Source: Paracoccaceae bacterium (GTDB taxonomy: Bacteria; Pseudomonadota; Alphaproteobacteria; Rhodobacterales; Rhodobacteraceae). From it: a stretch of 64,000 nt of DNA. Numbering within the stretch: the stretch's first letter is position 1; the number at the start of each line of letters is the position of its first letter. Below, in pieces: positions 1 to 9,438 of the stretch. Below the pieces are notes generated by a model that was not told the DNA's origin, searched no databases, and saw only the letters and a program-made list of their open reading frames with translations. The DNA lies in the NCBI GenBank assembly GCA_965219635.1, contig OZ244783.1, positions 2,521,983-2,585,982 of the forward strand, read 5' to 3'. Position numbers and translations under genes: made by a program.

Positions 1-20
1 GACTGAATGAGGCGCCAATC

Positions 21-242
21 ATGAAGAACGGCATTCACCCAGAATACCACGAGATCGACGTCAAGCTCACGAATGGCGAGATCCTCAGAATGCGCTCGAC
101 CTACGGGTCAGAGGGCGACACGCTCTCCCTGGATATTGATCCGTCCGTGCATCCTGCCTGGACCGGTGGCAGCACCCACCTCATGGACACTGGCGGCCGG
201 GTTTCCAAGTTCAAGAAGAAGTACCAAGGATTTGGTTTCTGA
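21..242 (+). CDS. rpmE: 50S ribosomal protein L31 (cysteine-free form)
   Basis: 73-aa [15 protein letters not shown]... with the L31 N-terminal IHPxY signature and a basic C-terminus KFKKKY. GAGG lies a few nt upstream of the ATG. Confidence 0.93.
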   Translation: MKNGIHPEYHEIDVKLTNGEILRMRSTYGSEGDTLSLDIDPSVHPAWTGGSTHLMDTGGRVSKFKKKYQGFGF

Positions 243-547
243 ATTGGTGGGGCCTATCCTACCACCACCAGCTCGCAGTTTGATTCAGACTTGAGGCTTC
301 AATTCCTGGGGTCTTGGCAGCCTCGTTTCCGCCACGCTACGAGGTTCGCTGACCCTTCGCTCCGGCACAGCAATCGATCTGTTGCCACCTCCCAATGCGG
401 ACGCTCCCATCTTGATGATGGTTGAGTTGGCTGAAGACCCGTGGATTCATCTCCGGAAACTAAATTCACGACACCATCAATCCAACTTGCGGTTGAGCAA
501 ACAGGATCCGGTGCACGCAACCAACCAAATCCCTGGGCGCCCGATAC

Positions 548-561
548 TACAAACGTTTGTA
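548..561. promoter_or_regulatory. Perfect 14-bp palindrome TACAAACGTTTGTA, candidate LacI-family operator upstream of the sugar ABC operon
   Basis: Read directly from the sequence; CG-centred palindrome about 73 nt upstream of the SBP start codon. A one-mismatch copy lies at 9376-9389 next to the lacI-family gene. Confidence 0.6.
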
Positions 562-633
562 TTGACTCTTGGGCCTCATCTGGCTTTGGTGAGGGCAGAT
601 TATTCGTTGGTCAAATGTAGGAGGACATGAACA

Positions 634-1659
634 ATGAAACGTGTCGGATTCACATTCAGGCAAGCCGCCCTGGCGATGGCCGCGGTGCCATTGCTTGCAG
701 TACAATCACTTGCCCAGTCATGCCTTGGCACTGCCAAGGCTCTTAACCTCAGCGACGCACAGCGGGAAGAAATCCGCCAGAGCGACCTGACTTTCGGGTT
801 CCTCACCAACAACATTTCTGATGATTTCAGCCGCACATTGATCGCAGGTGGCGAGGCTTTCGCCGCCGAACTTGGTGTCAATCTTCTTGTCAACAGCGCT
901 GATTTCGACGCCAATACCCAACTCAGTCAGTTTGACGCATTGGTGCAACAACAGGTCGATGGCATTTTCCTGACCGCCGTCGATGCAGCCTCGATCGGCC
1001 AGGCGGTGCGCAGAGCCAATGACGCCAATATTCCCGTTTTCATCGTCGGAGGAGCTCCAACCCGGGGAGAGGTCATCTCGGTCATGAATGCGGCTTCGTA
1101 CCAAGGCAGCTTTGATGCCGGAAACGCTCTGATGAATGCCATTGGCGAGTCCAATGCCAAGATCGCGGTCCTCGGTATTCCCTTCGCTTTGCAAACCATT
1201 CGGGACCGGGAAAAGGGTATCCTGGACGCCATTGGAGCAAATGGCGGGCAGATGATTTCGCTGCAATCCGATTTCAGCCAGGATGTGCTGCTGCAACTGG
1301 CCCAAAATGTTATCCAGGCAAACCCGGATCTGGGCGGTATCTTTGCGACCTGGAGCCTCGCAGTCAACGCTGCGACCGAGGCGGTGAAGCAATCTGGAAG
1401 GGACATCCCGATTGCCGGCTATGACTCGGAAGCGGCCGGGTATCTGGAGTTCGCTGGTGGCGATACAAACATCGTCGCGCTCTCGGGCCAGCAAGCGGCA
1501 CTGCAGGGCCGCGCCGCGATTGAAGGCCTGAGCCAGTCGATCCTCGGCGCCGAACTTTGCGAGGAGATTATCACTCCAAACCTCCTGGTCACGGCGGACA
1601 ACTACGAGAGCATGTGGGATATACAGTATCCCGGCGTATCGCCCCCTTGGGTGCAATAG
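634..1659 (+). CDS. Sugar ABC transporter periplasmic substrate-binding protein (PBP1 / RbsB-like, CUT2 type)
   Basis: 341 aa. N-terminal signal peptide (AAVPLLAVQSLAQS), then a typical PBP1 layout (GFLTNNISDDF..., VDGIFLTAVD, IPVFIVGG). First gene of the SBP-ATPase-permease-permease operon; AGGAGG lies upstream. Confidence 0.85.
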   Translation: MKRVGFTFRQAALAMAAVPLLAVQSLAQSCLGTAKALNLSDAQREEIRQSDLTFGFLTNNISDDFSRTLIAGGEAFAAELGVNLLVNSADFDANTQLSQFDALVQQQVDGIFLTAVDAASIGQAVRRANDANIPVFIVGGAPTRGEVISVMNAASYQGSFDAGNALMNAIGESNAKIAVLGIPFALQTIRDREKGILDAIGANGGQMISLQSDFSQDVLLQLAQNVIQANPDLGGIFATWSLAVNAATEAVKQSGRDIPIAGYDSEAAGYLEFAGGDTNIVALSGQQAALQGRAAIEGLSQSILGAELCEEIITPNLLVTADNYESMWDIQYPGVSPPWVQ

Positions 1660-3188
1660 ACACAAACAACCCGGGAGCGCACAGCGCTCCCGCTCCCCTT
1701 CTTCGACTTTCCGGAATCTCGAAGTCATTCCCCGGCGTAACGGCGCTTGACGACGTATCCTTCGACATTCAAGCCGGAGAAATCCACGCATTGATGGGTG
1801 AGAACGGGGCCGGCAAATCCACACTCATGAAGATTGCAGCCGGTGTCTACCAACCCGACACCGGTAAGCTTGAAATTGCCGGTAAGCAGGTCTTGTCAAG
1901 GGGGCCGAAGGACGCCACCGGCCACGGAATTCAAACGGTCTTTCAGGAACTGACGGCGTTTGAGAATCTGGATGTCGGACGCAACGTCATGATCGGCAGG
2001 GAGCCCGTCACGCTGGGCGGCCTGTGGCTGGACCATTCCCGACTCTACAGCCAGGCTCGACAGGTGCTGAATCGGCTTGAGATCGCTCTGGATGCGCGTG
2101 CGCCGATGGCACAACTGTCAACCGGTCAGCGGCAAATGGTGGAGATCGCTCGCGCCTGCGCGGTGACACCGCGTGTGCTTGTTCTGGACGAACCAACTTC
2201 ATCGCTGGGGCGCTTCGAAGAGGAATTGCTGTTCCAGTTGATAGGCCGGCTCAAGAAATTGGGTGTTGGCATCGTATATATCACTCACCGCATGTCAGAG
2301 GTCTTTCGCATTGCAGACCGGATCACCGTGCTTCGAGACGGACGCCATGTGGTTACTGGCCCGGTATCGGAGTTCGAACGCTCAAGCCTGGTACGCGCCA
2401 TGGTCGGACGGGATATTGACGAAGCCCGGCACGGAGTTGATCCTGAAAGCCTGCCAGTTGCCGTGCGAGTCCGTGGACTGACAAGGCAAAGCAAGGTCAA
2501 GGGCGTCGATCTCGACTTGCACGCAGGCGAGGTGTTGGGACTGGCCGGACTGATGGGAGCAGGGCGGACCGAATTCGCCCGCCTGCTTGCTGGAGCCGAA
2601 AAGCCTGAAAGTGGATCGGTCGAGTTGTTTGGCAATCCCTACGACCCCCCCACTGTGGCATCAGCGGTACGCGCGGGCGTCACCTATGTGCCTGAGGATC
2701 GCAAGAAGGAGGGGTTGGTACTTTCCCTGCCGGTCGGCGACAATATCGCTCTGCCCAGCCTGCGGCGGTTTGCTCGTGCAGGAATCCTCGCAACACCGAA
2801 ACTGCAGGCATTGATACTCGACTGGATGAAGCGGATGGACATAAGGGCTACATCTGAGCAGGCGCAGGTCGAGACTCTCTCAGGTGGCAACCAACAAAAG
2901 GTCGTCATCGCCAAATGGCTTTCGGTTTCGCCCAGGGTCATCTTGCTGGATGAGCCGACACGCGGTGTTGATGTGGGGGCGAAGGCAGAGATTCACAGAC
3001 TTATCCGCAAACTGGCCAGTGATGGCACCGCGGTGCTGGTGATATCGTCCGAGTTGCCGGAACTGCTGGCGGTCAGCGACCGGATTGCCGTGATGGCGCA
3101 AGGGCTCATTGTGGGCACACTCGCTGCCGCGGACGCAAACGAGGAGAATCTTCTCAGGCTTGCCTTGACTGAAGGCGGTACGGCATGA
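1557..3188 (+). CDS. Sugar ABC transporter ATP-binding protein, tandem-ATPase RbsA/XylG type
   Basis: Two ABC modules: Walker A GENGAGKST, signatures LSTGQRQ and LSGGNQQK, Walker B LVLDEPT and ILLDEPT. The start is uncertain. ATG 1557 overlaps the SBP gene by 103 nt; in-frame GTG 1614 or TTG 1647 are alternatives. No ATG follows the SBP stop. Confidence 0.85.
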   Translation: MRGDYHSKPPGHGGQLREHVGYTVSRRIAPLGAIDTNNPGAHSAPAPLLRLSGISKSFPGVTALDDVSFDIQAGEIHALMGENGAGKSTLMKIAAGVYQPDTGKLEIAGKQVLSRGPKDATGHGIQTVFQELTAFENLDVGRNVMIGREPVTLGGLWLDHSRLYSQARQVLNRLEIALDARAPMAQLSTGQRQMVEIARACAVTPRVLVLDEPTSSLGRFEEELLFQLIGRLKKLGVGIVYITHRMSEVFRIADRITVLRDGRHVVTGPVSEFERSSLVRAMVGRDIDEARHGVDPESLPVAVRVRGLTRQSKVKGVDLDLHAGEVLGLAGLMGAGRTEFARLLAGAEKPESGSVELFGNPYDPPTVASAVRAGVTYVPEDRKKEGLVLSLPVGDNIALPSLRRFARAGILATPKLQALILDWMKRMDIRATSEQAQVETLSGGNQQKVVIAKWLSVSPRVILLDEPTRGVDVGAKAEIHRLIRKLASDGTAVLVISSELPELLAVSDRIAVMAQGLIVGTLAAADANEENLLRLALTEGGTA

Positions 3189-4135
3189 GCGCGGTGGGTC
3201 CGATAGTCCTCATCCGCAACCTGTTGCCCTATGCAGGGCTCATTGGTCTTGTGGTCTTCTTCTCAATCTCAAGCGACTACTTCCTCAATGCGCGCAATTT
3301 CGAGCGGCTGATTACAGATAGTGCAACCCTGATCATCGTCTCCATGGGAATGACCCTAGTAATTCTCCTGGGCGAAATCGATCTGAGCGTTGGAGCAGTT
3401 GTAGCGTTGCTCTCGGTGGTCCTTGCACAGATGATGGCTGCCGGGTTGGGCTGGCCTGTTGCGGTTTTGCTGACCGTCTTGTTTGCCGCCGGGATCGGCT
3501 TTGCGAACGGAGCGATTACGGTAATCGGCCAGATCCCGTCATTCATCGTAACGCTTGGCACGCTTGCGATTGCAACCGGCCTTGCATTCATTTTCACCGG
3601 CTCAATCTCGGTTGCGATCCATGACGAGGTTTTTCTGGACCTGTTCTATTCCGATTCAATCCTCGGTTTGCCAGTGCCACTTTGGCTTTGCATACTGGCA
3701 TTTTGCGCATCAATCCTATTGCTGCACAGGACTCCCTTCGGGCGCGAGCTTTTTGCTATTGGCGCCAACATGGAAGCGGCGCGGCTTTCTGGCGTGCCAG
3801 TCCAGCGCGACAAGATCCTCGTGTTTGTATTGATGGGCGTTCTGGTCGGCATTGGCGCCATACTGTCAGCATGCCGCCTTGGCAGCGGTGCGCCCGGGTC
3901 CGCGCCTTCGCTGACGCTTGACGCCATTGCCGCAGTCATCATCGGTGGCGCCAGCCTGTTCGGTGGCCATGCCTCCGTGTTGCGCACACTGCTCGGAGCG
4001 TTGCTCATCGCTACGCTGAGCAATGGGATGGTGCTTCTGAACATCAATGTGGATGCCCAGTATATCGTAAAGGGGGCAATTATCCTAATCGCGGTCGTAC
4101 TGGAACGACTGTCTTTCCTGAGGCGCTCCCCGTGA
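3185..4135 (+). CDS. Sugar ABC transporter permease (RbsC/XylH family)
   Basis: 316 aa, multi-TM, with a GEIDLSVGA motif. ATGA overlap with the upstream ATPase stop. Confidence 0.85.
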   Translation: MSAVGPIVLIRNLLPYAGLIGLVVFFSISSDYFLNARNFERLITDSATLIIVSMGMTLVILLGEIDLSVGAVVALLSVVLAQMMAAGLGWPVAVLLTVLFAAGIGFANGAITVIGQIPSFIVTLGTLAIATGLAFIFTGSISVAIHDEVFLDLFYSDSILGLPVPLWLCILAFCASILLLHRTPFGRELFAIGANMEAARLSGVPVQRDKILVFVLMGVLVGIGAILSACRLGSGAPGSAPSLTLDAIAAVIIGGASLFGGHASVLRTLLGALLIATLSNGMVLLNINVDAQYIVKGAIILIAVVLERLSFLRRSP

Positions 4136-5085
4136 CCCGGGCGCGCTTGGCAGCATCCGGCATCTACCTTGCCTTTGCGGCTCTTGTCGTCGCACTCATG
4201 ATCCTCAGCCCGGCATTCCGCGACCCGGCAAACCTCGTCAATATCGGCCGGCAGACTGCGATCCTCGGAATAGCCGCATTTGCGATGACATTCGTAATCA
4301 TTCTGGGGGAGATCGACCTCAGCGTCGGCGCCGTGGCCTCGGCTGCTGGCGTTCTGACAGCCATGGCGTTTGCCGCAGGATTTGGCCCCCTGGCGGTACC
4401 CATCGGTCTTGCCGTTGGTGCAGGCTTCGGGTTGATGAACGGACTTCTGATTGTCTATGCGGCGGTTCCATCTTTCATTGCAACGCTGGTGACATACTTT
4501 GTCGCACAGGGTCTGGCACTGACCCTGACGACAGGACAGACGGTCTTGTTCTCGGCGGACTGGTTCAGGCTAGCCTTTGCGACTGGCGGCTCTGGCGGAT
4601 TTCGAACAGCGTTTCTCTGGATGCTCGCCACGTTCTTTTGCCTTTGGTGGGTGCTGGTACGAACCAGGTTTGGCGCCAATGTCCATGCCATAGGCGGCAG
4701 CCAGGAGAATGCCAGAATGCTCGGGCTACCGGTCGATCGGGCGAAGCTCTGGATATTCACAATGACAGGTGGGTTGATGGGCCTTGCCGGGATGATCCTT
4801 ATTGCGCGGATCGGCAACGCTCGCAGCGACGGCGCAATCGGCCTCGAATTCGATGCAATTGCTGCGGTGGTACTTGGCGGAACGCGGCTCGGAGGTGGCT
4901 ACGGATCGCTGCTCAGGACATTTGCGGGCGTCTTGCTCATAGGTGTTCTGAACAACGGGCTGGCAATCATGAATGTCGACTTCAACAGCCAGCAGGTCAT
5001 CAAGGGCATCCTTGTGATCACCGTTGTCCTCGTCGACCGGTGGACGCCCAGGCGAAAGGTAATGGAACATGGTTCAACTGGTTGA
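4132..5085 (+). CDS. Sugar ABC transporter permease (RbsC/XylH family), second copy
   Basis: 317 aa paralogue of the preceding permease (GEIDLSVGAV motif). 4-nt overlap with the upstream gene. Confidence 0.85.
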   Translation: MTRARLAASGIYLAFAALVVALMILSPAFRDPANLVNIGRQTAILGIAAFAMTFVIILGEIDLSVGAVASAAGVLTAMAFAAGFGPLAVPIGLAVGAGFGLMNGLLIVYAAVPSFIATLVTYFVAQGLALTLTTGQTVLFSADWFRLAFATGGSGGFRTAFLWMLATFFCLWWVLVRTRFGANVHAIGGSQENARMLGLPVDRAKLWIFTMTGGLMGLAGMILIARIGNARSDGAIGLEFDAIAAVVLGGTRLGGGYGSLLRTFAGVLLIGVLNNGLAIMNVDFNSQQVIKGILVITVVLVDRWTPRRKVMEHGSTG

Positions 5086-5950
5086 AGGTCCGGTCAAACG
5101 GCTGGCTACAGGACTTGGCTTCACGGAAGGCCCGGTCTGGCTCTCCGATCAAGGTGCACTACTCTTCACCGACATTCCGGCCAACGTCATTCTCCGCTGG
5201 CAGGACGGTAGCCTGTCAACCTGGATTGACAATTCACACTTTGCGATCGGGCTTTGCCGCGGGCCTGGAGGACGAATTCTGGCCTGTGAGCACTCGACCC
5301 GGATACTGGCAGCAATCGAAGTCAACGAAGACGGTTCTGCAGGCCGACGCCATGTCCTGGCCGAAGGATATCAGGGCTGCGTGCTGAATTCGACCAACGA
5401 CGTGATCACAACTTCGGATGGAAATGTGTTGTTCACCGACCCTCCCTTTGGAGTTCGAGCGCTTGATGGAGGGCTGCACGGCTATCAGCAAGCGAGCGAG
5501 CTTGCTGCCTGTCATGTCTTCCGCACGACCGGTGACCCTAAGGCTCCGGTCTCACTGACAAGTGAGGTGTATCGTCCGAACGGGCTGTGCCTTTCTCCTG
5601 ACGAGAAGACCCTCTACGTCAGCGACAGTTCCGAGACACATCACAAGGTTGTCGCATTCGAAGTGGGTCAGGACTGGACGCTTTCGCGGATGCGGGATTT
5701 TGCGGTGATGCCGGTCGGAGTTCCAGACGGAATGCGGGTTGATGCCAAGGGTAACCTCTGGGTCGCCGGCGGAGACGGTGTATATGTGTACAACCCGGGC
5801 GGAGAGAATATCGGGCATGTCCCGGTGCCCGAGATGGTCACCAATATCGAATTCGGATCTGCCGATCACCGCTCGCTATTCATAACGGCGACGAGTTCAC
5901 TCTACCTGGTTCGAACCAGGATCCCCGGTGGACGGGCATCAGAATTGTAG
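5069..5950 (+). CDS. SMP-30/gluconolactonase/LRE-family sugar lactonase
   Basis: 293 aa. FTEGPVW..., FTDIP, NDVITTSDGNVLFTDPPFG, RPNGLCLSPDEKTLYVSD and DGMRVDAKGNLWVA are typical six-bladed propeller lactonase motifs. Confidence 0.8.
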   Translation: MVQLVEGPVKRLATGLGFTEGPVWLSDQGALLFTDIPANVILRWQDGSLSTWIDNSHFAIGLCRGPGGRILACEHSTRILAAIEVNEDGSAGRRHVLAEGYQGCVLNSTNDVITTSDGNVLFTDPPFGVRALDGGLHGYQQASELAACHVFRTTGDPKAPVSLTSEVYRPNGLCLSPDEKTLYVSDSSETHHKVVAFEVGQDWTLSRMRDFAVMPVGVPDGMRVDAKGNLWVAGGDGVYVYNPGGENIGHVPVPEMVTNIEFGSADHRSLFITATSSLYLVRTRIPGGRASEL

Positions 5951-6128
5951 AAACGGGACTGCGGGTTTGCCATCATGGACAATGTGGCCATAAGGGAAGT
6001 GCTGGTCTGGATTGGTGCCGGTTCTGGTGAGCACAATCTGGATAACGGTTTCAAGACCGTCCATTCCCAGAATGAGCCAGCGGCGAAGGGCATGTAGAGT
6101 CCACATCAATGCGGCGTGAGCGCCAGAC

Positions 6129-8234
6129 TCATCCCCTCCGTGGTGTCGATGAGAGGCCATCCAGTTGATCGAATACATCGCAAACGTCGTCAATATAGTC
6201 CTCCCGCGCAAAGACAGGGCACTCTCCGAATGGACAAGCGACTTCAGCATCGGTTCCGCCTTCATGAACTGTCCCCGTCCAGACATGATGCCAGCGCGGC
6301 CCTTCAGGGAGGCTGACCCGGTAAGTGCTCACGCCCGGATCCAGCACAGGCGCCACGAGAAGCGCCCGGCCAAGCATGTATGCGCGCCCTTCTCCGTGCA
6401 GCCCTGATTGATCCGGAAAGTGATAGAACAATGGCGCCATTACCGGATCGCCAGTATTGGAATAATGCGCGAAGGTTCTCTCCAGATACGGCCTCAGCGC
6501 CTCGCGTATCGAAAGCAGTCGCGTCAGTACGCCTTCAACCATGGGACCAAACGACCATACCTCGTTCGGTCCACCAGTGCTCGTAAAGAGGCTGAAAGTA
6601 TCCCGGCCATAAGACACCGGCTCACCCTTCCCGGGTGGCGGCACCCCTTCCGGCACCCGGAATCCATGCATCCGGCAAATTGGCGCAAAGACCCCGAATT
6701 CGAACCAGCGGATCAACAGTTCGCGGAAGTCCTCACTGCCACCATGGCCGTCATAGAATCCGCCGATGTCCGTAGTCCACCAGCCCATCCCCGCAATCCC
6801 GGCATGAAGGCCGGCAGGGATTTGCGCCCGGAACCAGTCCCAATCCGACCAGACATCTCCTGACCACAGGATCACACCATGACGCTGCGAGCCCGCCCAG
6901 GCCGAGCGGCAGAGCAGGACGCTGTTGCGTTCGGCAGCATTGAGGCCCTCGCGGTAGCACTCCTCATGCAACAGCGGGTAGGCGCACAACATTTCGGCTC
7001 CGTTGCCCAGCGCGGTGCGCACGTTTTCGGGGTGAGCAGGACGCATCTCGGGTTCGCACGCGTCCAGCCAGAAATGGTCGATGCCGTGATCGACGTAGTT
7101 CTCCTTGACGACCTCCCAGTGACGCTCGCGGGCTTCCGGGTTGAATGCATCATAATAGGTGAAAAAGCCGGGACCGAACGGGTCCTTGTCGGGAAATGGA
7201 ATGACTACCGGAACGCCGCGCTCGGTTGTCAGTAGTTGGCCGGAATCGATCATCTCGCGGTAGTGTTCGGAAGATGCCGATACGGTTGGCCAGACCGAGA
7301 CCATTGTCTCGATGCCCATACTGCGCAGTTCGCACACCATCCCTGTGGGGTCAGGCCAGTCCTCCGGATCAAACTTCCATTCGCCCTGCCGAGTCCAGTG
7401 GAAGAAATCAATGACAATGCAGGAAATCGGCAACTTGCGCCGCTTGTACTCGCGAGCAATCTCAAGCAGTTCGTCCTGCGTGCGATAGCGCAGCTTGCTT
7501 TGCCAGTAACCAAGCGCCCAAGACGGGATTTCCGGTGATTTGCCAGTGGCTCCGACATAGGCGCGGACGATATCAGCTGGACTGTCGCCAGCGACAATCC
7601 AGTAATCCAGCCCGCCAGTCGCATCGGCTGTCCAGCGGGTGATGTTATTGGCAAATTCTGCGCGCCCGGTTGCCGGATTGTTCCAGAGAAATCCGTAGCC
7701 GCGGGATGACAGCACGAACGGGATCACCACATGAGCGTTCTGTTGCAGCAGTGTAGTTGAAACGCCCTTGAGATCCATTTGCCCATGCTGTGGCTGGCCA
7801 AGTCCGTGCAGATGCTCGTCTGCGTATGCCTTGAATAGCTGCTCAAGTTGCCAGGACGTCGAAGCAATGCCCTTGAATCTGCGCGGCTTCGGGCCAGCAA
7901 AGTGCGATCGCGTTTCAGCCAGAAGTTCTGTTCCGGTGCCAGCGCGAACATGCCGGATGACAACCTCCCGCCGCACGTCCGCGCCGTAGCGCTCCGCGAC
8001 ATTGAGTTCCGTGCGGAGGCGACCGTTGGTCAGGCTTGCAGATAGCGCACCGAGTTCAATCTCCGGCTCCCCGCCTGCAGCCGGAAGCAAAGCATCAACA
8101 AATGGAGAAACGACATGACGGCCAGGCCGGGCCCTTACCCGGTTTGCGTCTGTGCCCCAGGCTTCGACCCGGATTGTCTCACCGCCAAACCTGCAAACGA
8201 GTGCGCCATCTTCTAAGGAAAAAATAGAAGCCAT
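6129..8234 (-). CDS. Glycoside hydrolase family 31 alpha-glycosidase (alpha-xylosidase/alpha-glucosidase-like)
   Basis: 701 aa. GYWQSKLRY, IVIDFFHW...KFDPEDWPDP and the nucleophile-region motif HFWLDACEPE are GH31-type. Last gene of the tightly packed EthD-SDR-GH31 operon. Confidence 0.8.
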   Translation of the reverse strand: MASIFSLEDGALVCRFGGETIRVEAWGTDANRVRARPGRHVVSPFVDALLPAAGGEPEIELGALSASLTNGRLRTELNVAERYGADVRREVVIRHVRAGTGTELLAETRSHFAGPKPRRFKGIASTSWQLEQLFKAYADEHLHGLGQPQHGQMDLKGVSTTLLQQNAHVVIPFVLSSRGYGFLWNNPATGRAEFANNITRWTADATGGLDYWIVAGDSPADIVRAYVGATGKSPEIPSWALGYWQSKLRYRTQDELLEIAREYKRRKLPISCIVIDFFHWTRQGEWKFDPEDWPDPTGMVCELRSMGIETMVSVWPTVSASSEHYREMIDSGQLLTTERGVPVVIPFPDKDPFGPGFFTYYDAFNPEARERHWEVVKENYVDHGIDHFWLDACEPEMRPAHPENVRTALGNGAEMLCAYPLLHEECYREGLNAAERNSVLLCRSAWAGSQRHGVILWSGDVWSDWDWFRAQIPAGLHAGIAGMGWWTTDIGGFYDGHGGSEDFRELLIRWFEFGVFAPICRMHGFRVPEGVPPPGKGEPVSYGRDTFSLFTSTGGPNEVWSFGPMVEGVLTRLLSIREALRPYLERTFAHYSNTGDPVMAPLFYHFPDQSGLHGEGRAYMLGRALLVAPVLDPGVSTYRVSLPEGPRWHHVWTGTVHEGGTDAEVACPFGECPVFAREDYIDDVCDVFDQLDGLSSTPRRG

Positions 8235-8236
8235 GA

Positions 8237-8992
8237 CTAGCCGATCGCCAGGTAGGCGCCGTCGAGTATGACAGCAGTACCTGACATGTAGTTCGCCTCG
8301 TCCGACGCAATGAAAGCTGCAAGAGATGCCACCTCTCTCGGATCTGCGCCCCGCCCGGCAGGAATGCCAGCCAATACGTCCTGCATCACGTCTTCCGGAA
8401 TGCCTTCGACTGCACGGGTCAATATGAGGCCCGGAGCAATTGCAACTGAGCGAATATCGGGAGCGTGATCACGCGCCAGCGACCTTGTCATGGCGAGCAC
8501 GGCACCCTTGGTGGCCTGGTAGGCGGAGAATCCCTTTTCGCCGACAAAACTCTGAACGCTCGCCGTATTGAGGATGACGCCCTTGCCACCCTGCGCCCGC
8601 ATCTGCTCTACAGCCACTTTGGCCCCCATCCAGTAGCCGCGGATGCCGACTGCCGTAATGGCGTCGAATTCGTCCAGGGACTGCTCGTGGATTGGCTTGA
8701 AGACGGCCGAAAACGCGTTGTTGTGCCAGATGTCGATGCGGCCAAAACGCTTGACCGTTGCACCGGCCAAACTCCTGACCTGTTCGGGGTCGGACATGTC
8801 TGTCAGGTGAAACGCACAACCGATATTCTTTGAAACCTCGGCTCCCGCCGGATTGATATCGGCAATCATTACATGAGCGCCCTCTTCGGCAAATCGTTCG
8901 GCACAAGCCCGACCAATGCCTTCGGCACCGCCAGTGATCACATAGACACGGTCCTTGTGGCGGTCAGGCACAGGGAAGTATCTTGCCGTCAT
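8237..8992 (-). CDS. Classical short-chain dehydrogenase/reductase (possible sugar 1-dehydrogenase)
   Basis: 251 aa. Cofactor motif TGGAEGIG, NNAF, and catalytic YQATK (YxxxK). ATGA overlap with the upstream EthD gene; 2-nt gap to GH31. Confidence 0.85.
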   Translation of the reverse strand: MTARYFPVPDRHKDRVYVITGGAEGIGRACAERFAEEGAHVMIADINPAGAEVSKNIGCAFHLTDMSDPEQVRSLAGATVKRFGRIDIWHNNAFSAVFKPIHEQSLDEFDAITAVGIRGYWMGAKVAVEQMRAQGGKGVILNTASVQSFVGEKGFSAYQATKGAVLAMTRSLARDHAPDIRSVAIAPGLILTRAVEGIPEDVMQDVLAGIPAGRGADPREVASLAAFIASDEANYMSGTAVILDGAYLAIG

Positions 8993-9318
8993 TGCGAAGA
9001 TCCCGGAATCACGACCGTTTCTTCGGTAACAAGGAATTCTATCCCATCAGCGAAGTTCCCGGTATCGTTGCCTGCAAGCACACCTTGCGGTGAGGCCAGG
9101 CCGGCCTCCATCATTGCCCGGTCGCTGAACCAGATTTCTGCTGAGCCGTGGTAGGGTGCCGGATGCATTTCGCCAGGTTCAGCTGCGACATTGATCCTGT
9201 AGCCAAGCATTCCTGGAATTTTCGATGCAATCGGTGCATGAACTCCAAGCCAGTAGTCGCGAAACTCTGCCTGCGACAAGCCAGCCTTCCGGGTTACCAG
9301 CGCCACAAGTTTGATCAT
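8989..9318 (-). CDS. EthD-domain protein
   Basis: The ORF track gives 8989-9345. I prefer the internal ATG at 9318 (MIKLVALVTRKAGLSQAEFRDYW...), a typical EthD N-terminus of about 109 aa. Confidence 0.65.
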   Translation of the reverse strand: MIKLVALVTRKAGLSQAEFRDYWLGVHAPIASKIPGMLGYRINVAAEPGEMHPAPYHGSAEIWFSDRAMMEAGLASPQGVLAGNDTGNFADGIEFLVTEETVVIPGSSQ

Positions 9319-9375
9319 GGGTTGACGTCTCTTTGCCCGTTGCAAGGCAGAAACCTATTCTTGAGGCATGGACAT

Positions 9376-9389
9376 TACAATCGTTTGTA
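9376..9389. promoter_or_regulatory. Near-palindrome TACAATCGTTTGTA, candidate LacI-family operator in the divergent EthD / lacI promoter region
   Basis: One mismatch from the perfect palindrome at 548-561. Lies about 58 nt from the EthD start and about 50 nt from the LacI start. Confidence 0.55.
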
Positions 9390-9438
9390 TGGACAACGCG
9401 GATCGCCTGATCATCGGTGAACCAGCTGTAGGACTGGA

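Noticed and set aside
718-1824. 368-aa minus-strand ORF
   Set aside because: It is an antisense shadow of the well-supported SBP gene, Arg/Gly-rich with no recognisable motifs. The same applies to 9355-10062 (antisense to lacI), 33951-34865 (antisense to rarA), 40837-41517 (antisense to rplQ/rpoA) and 46524-47348 (antisense to the SBP gene).
4638-5387. 249-aa plus-strand ORF spanning the permease/lactonase junction
   Set aside because: It is out of frame with two well-supported genes, and its extreme Arg/Pro/Gly content is typical of an alternative frame in GC-rich DNA.
5069-8992. Sulfoquinovose (sulfo-ED) pathway reading of GH31 + SDR + lactonase
   Set aside because: The gene trio is compatible. 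However, the dehydratase, KDSG-type aldolase, sulfolactaldehyde dehydrogenase and sulfonate/sulfite exporter are all absent from the window. I also cannot verify sulfoquinovosidase signature residues by eye. Kept only as an alternative to test, not as a call.
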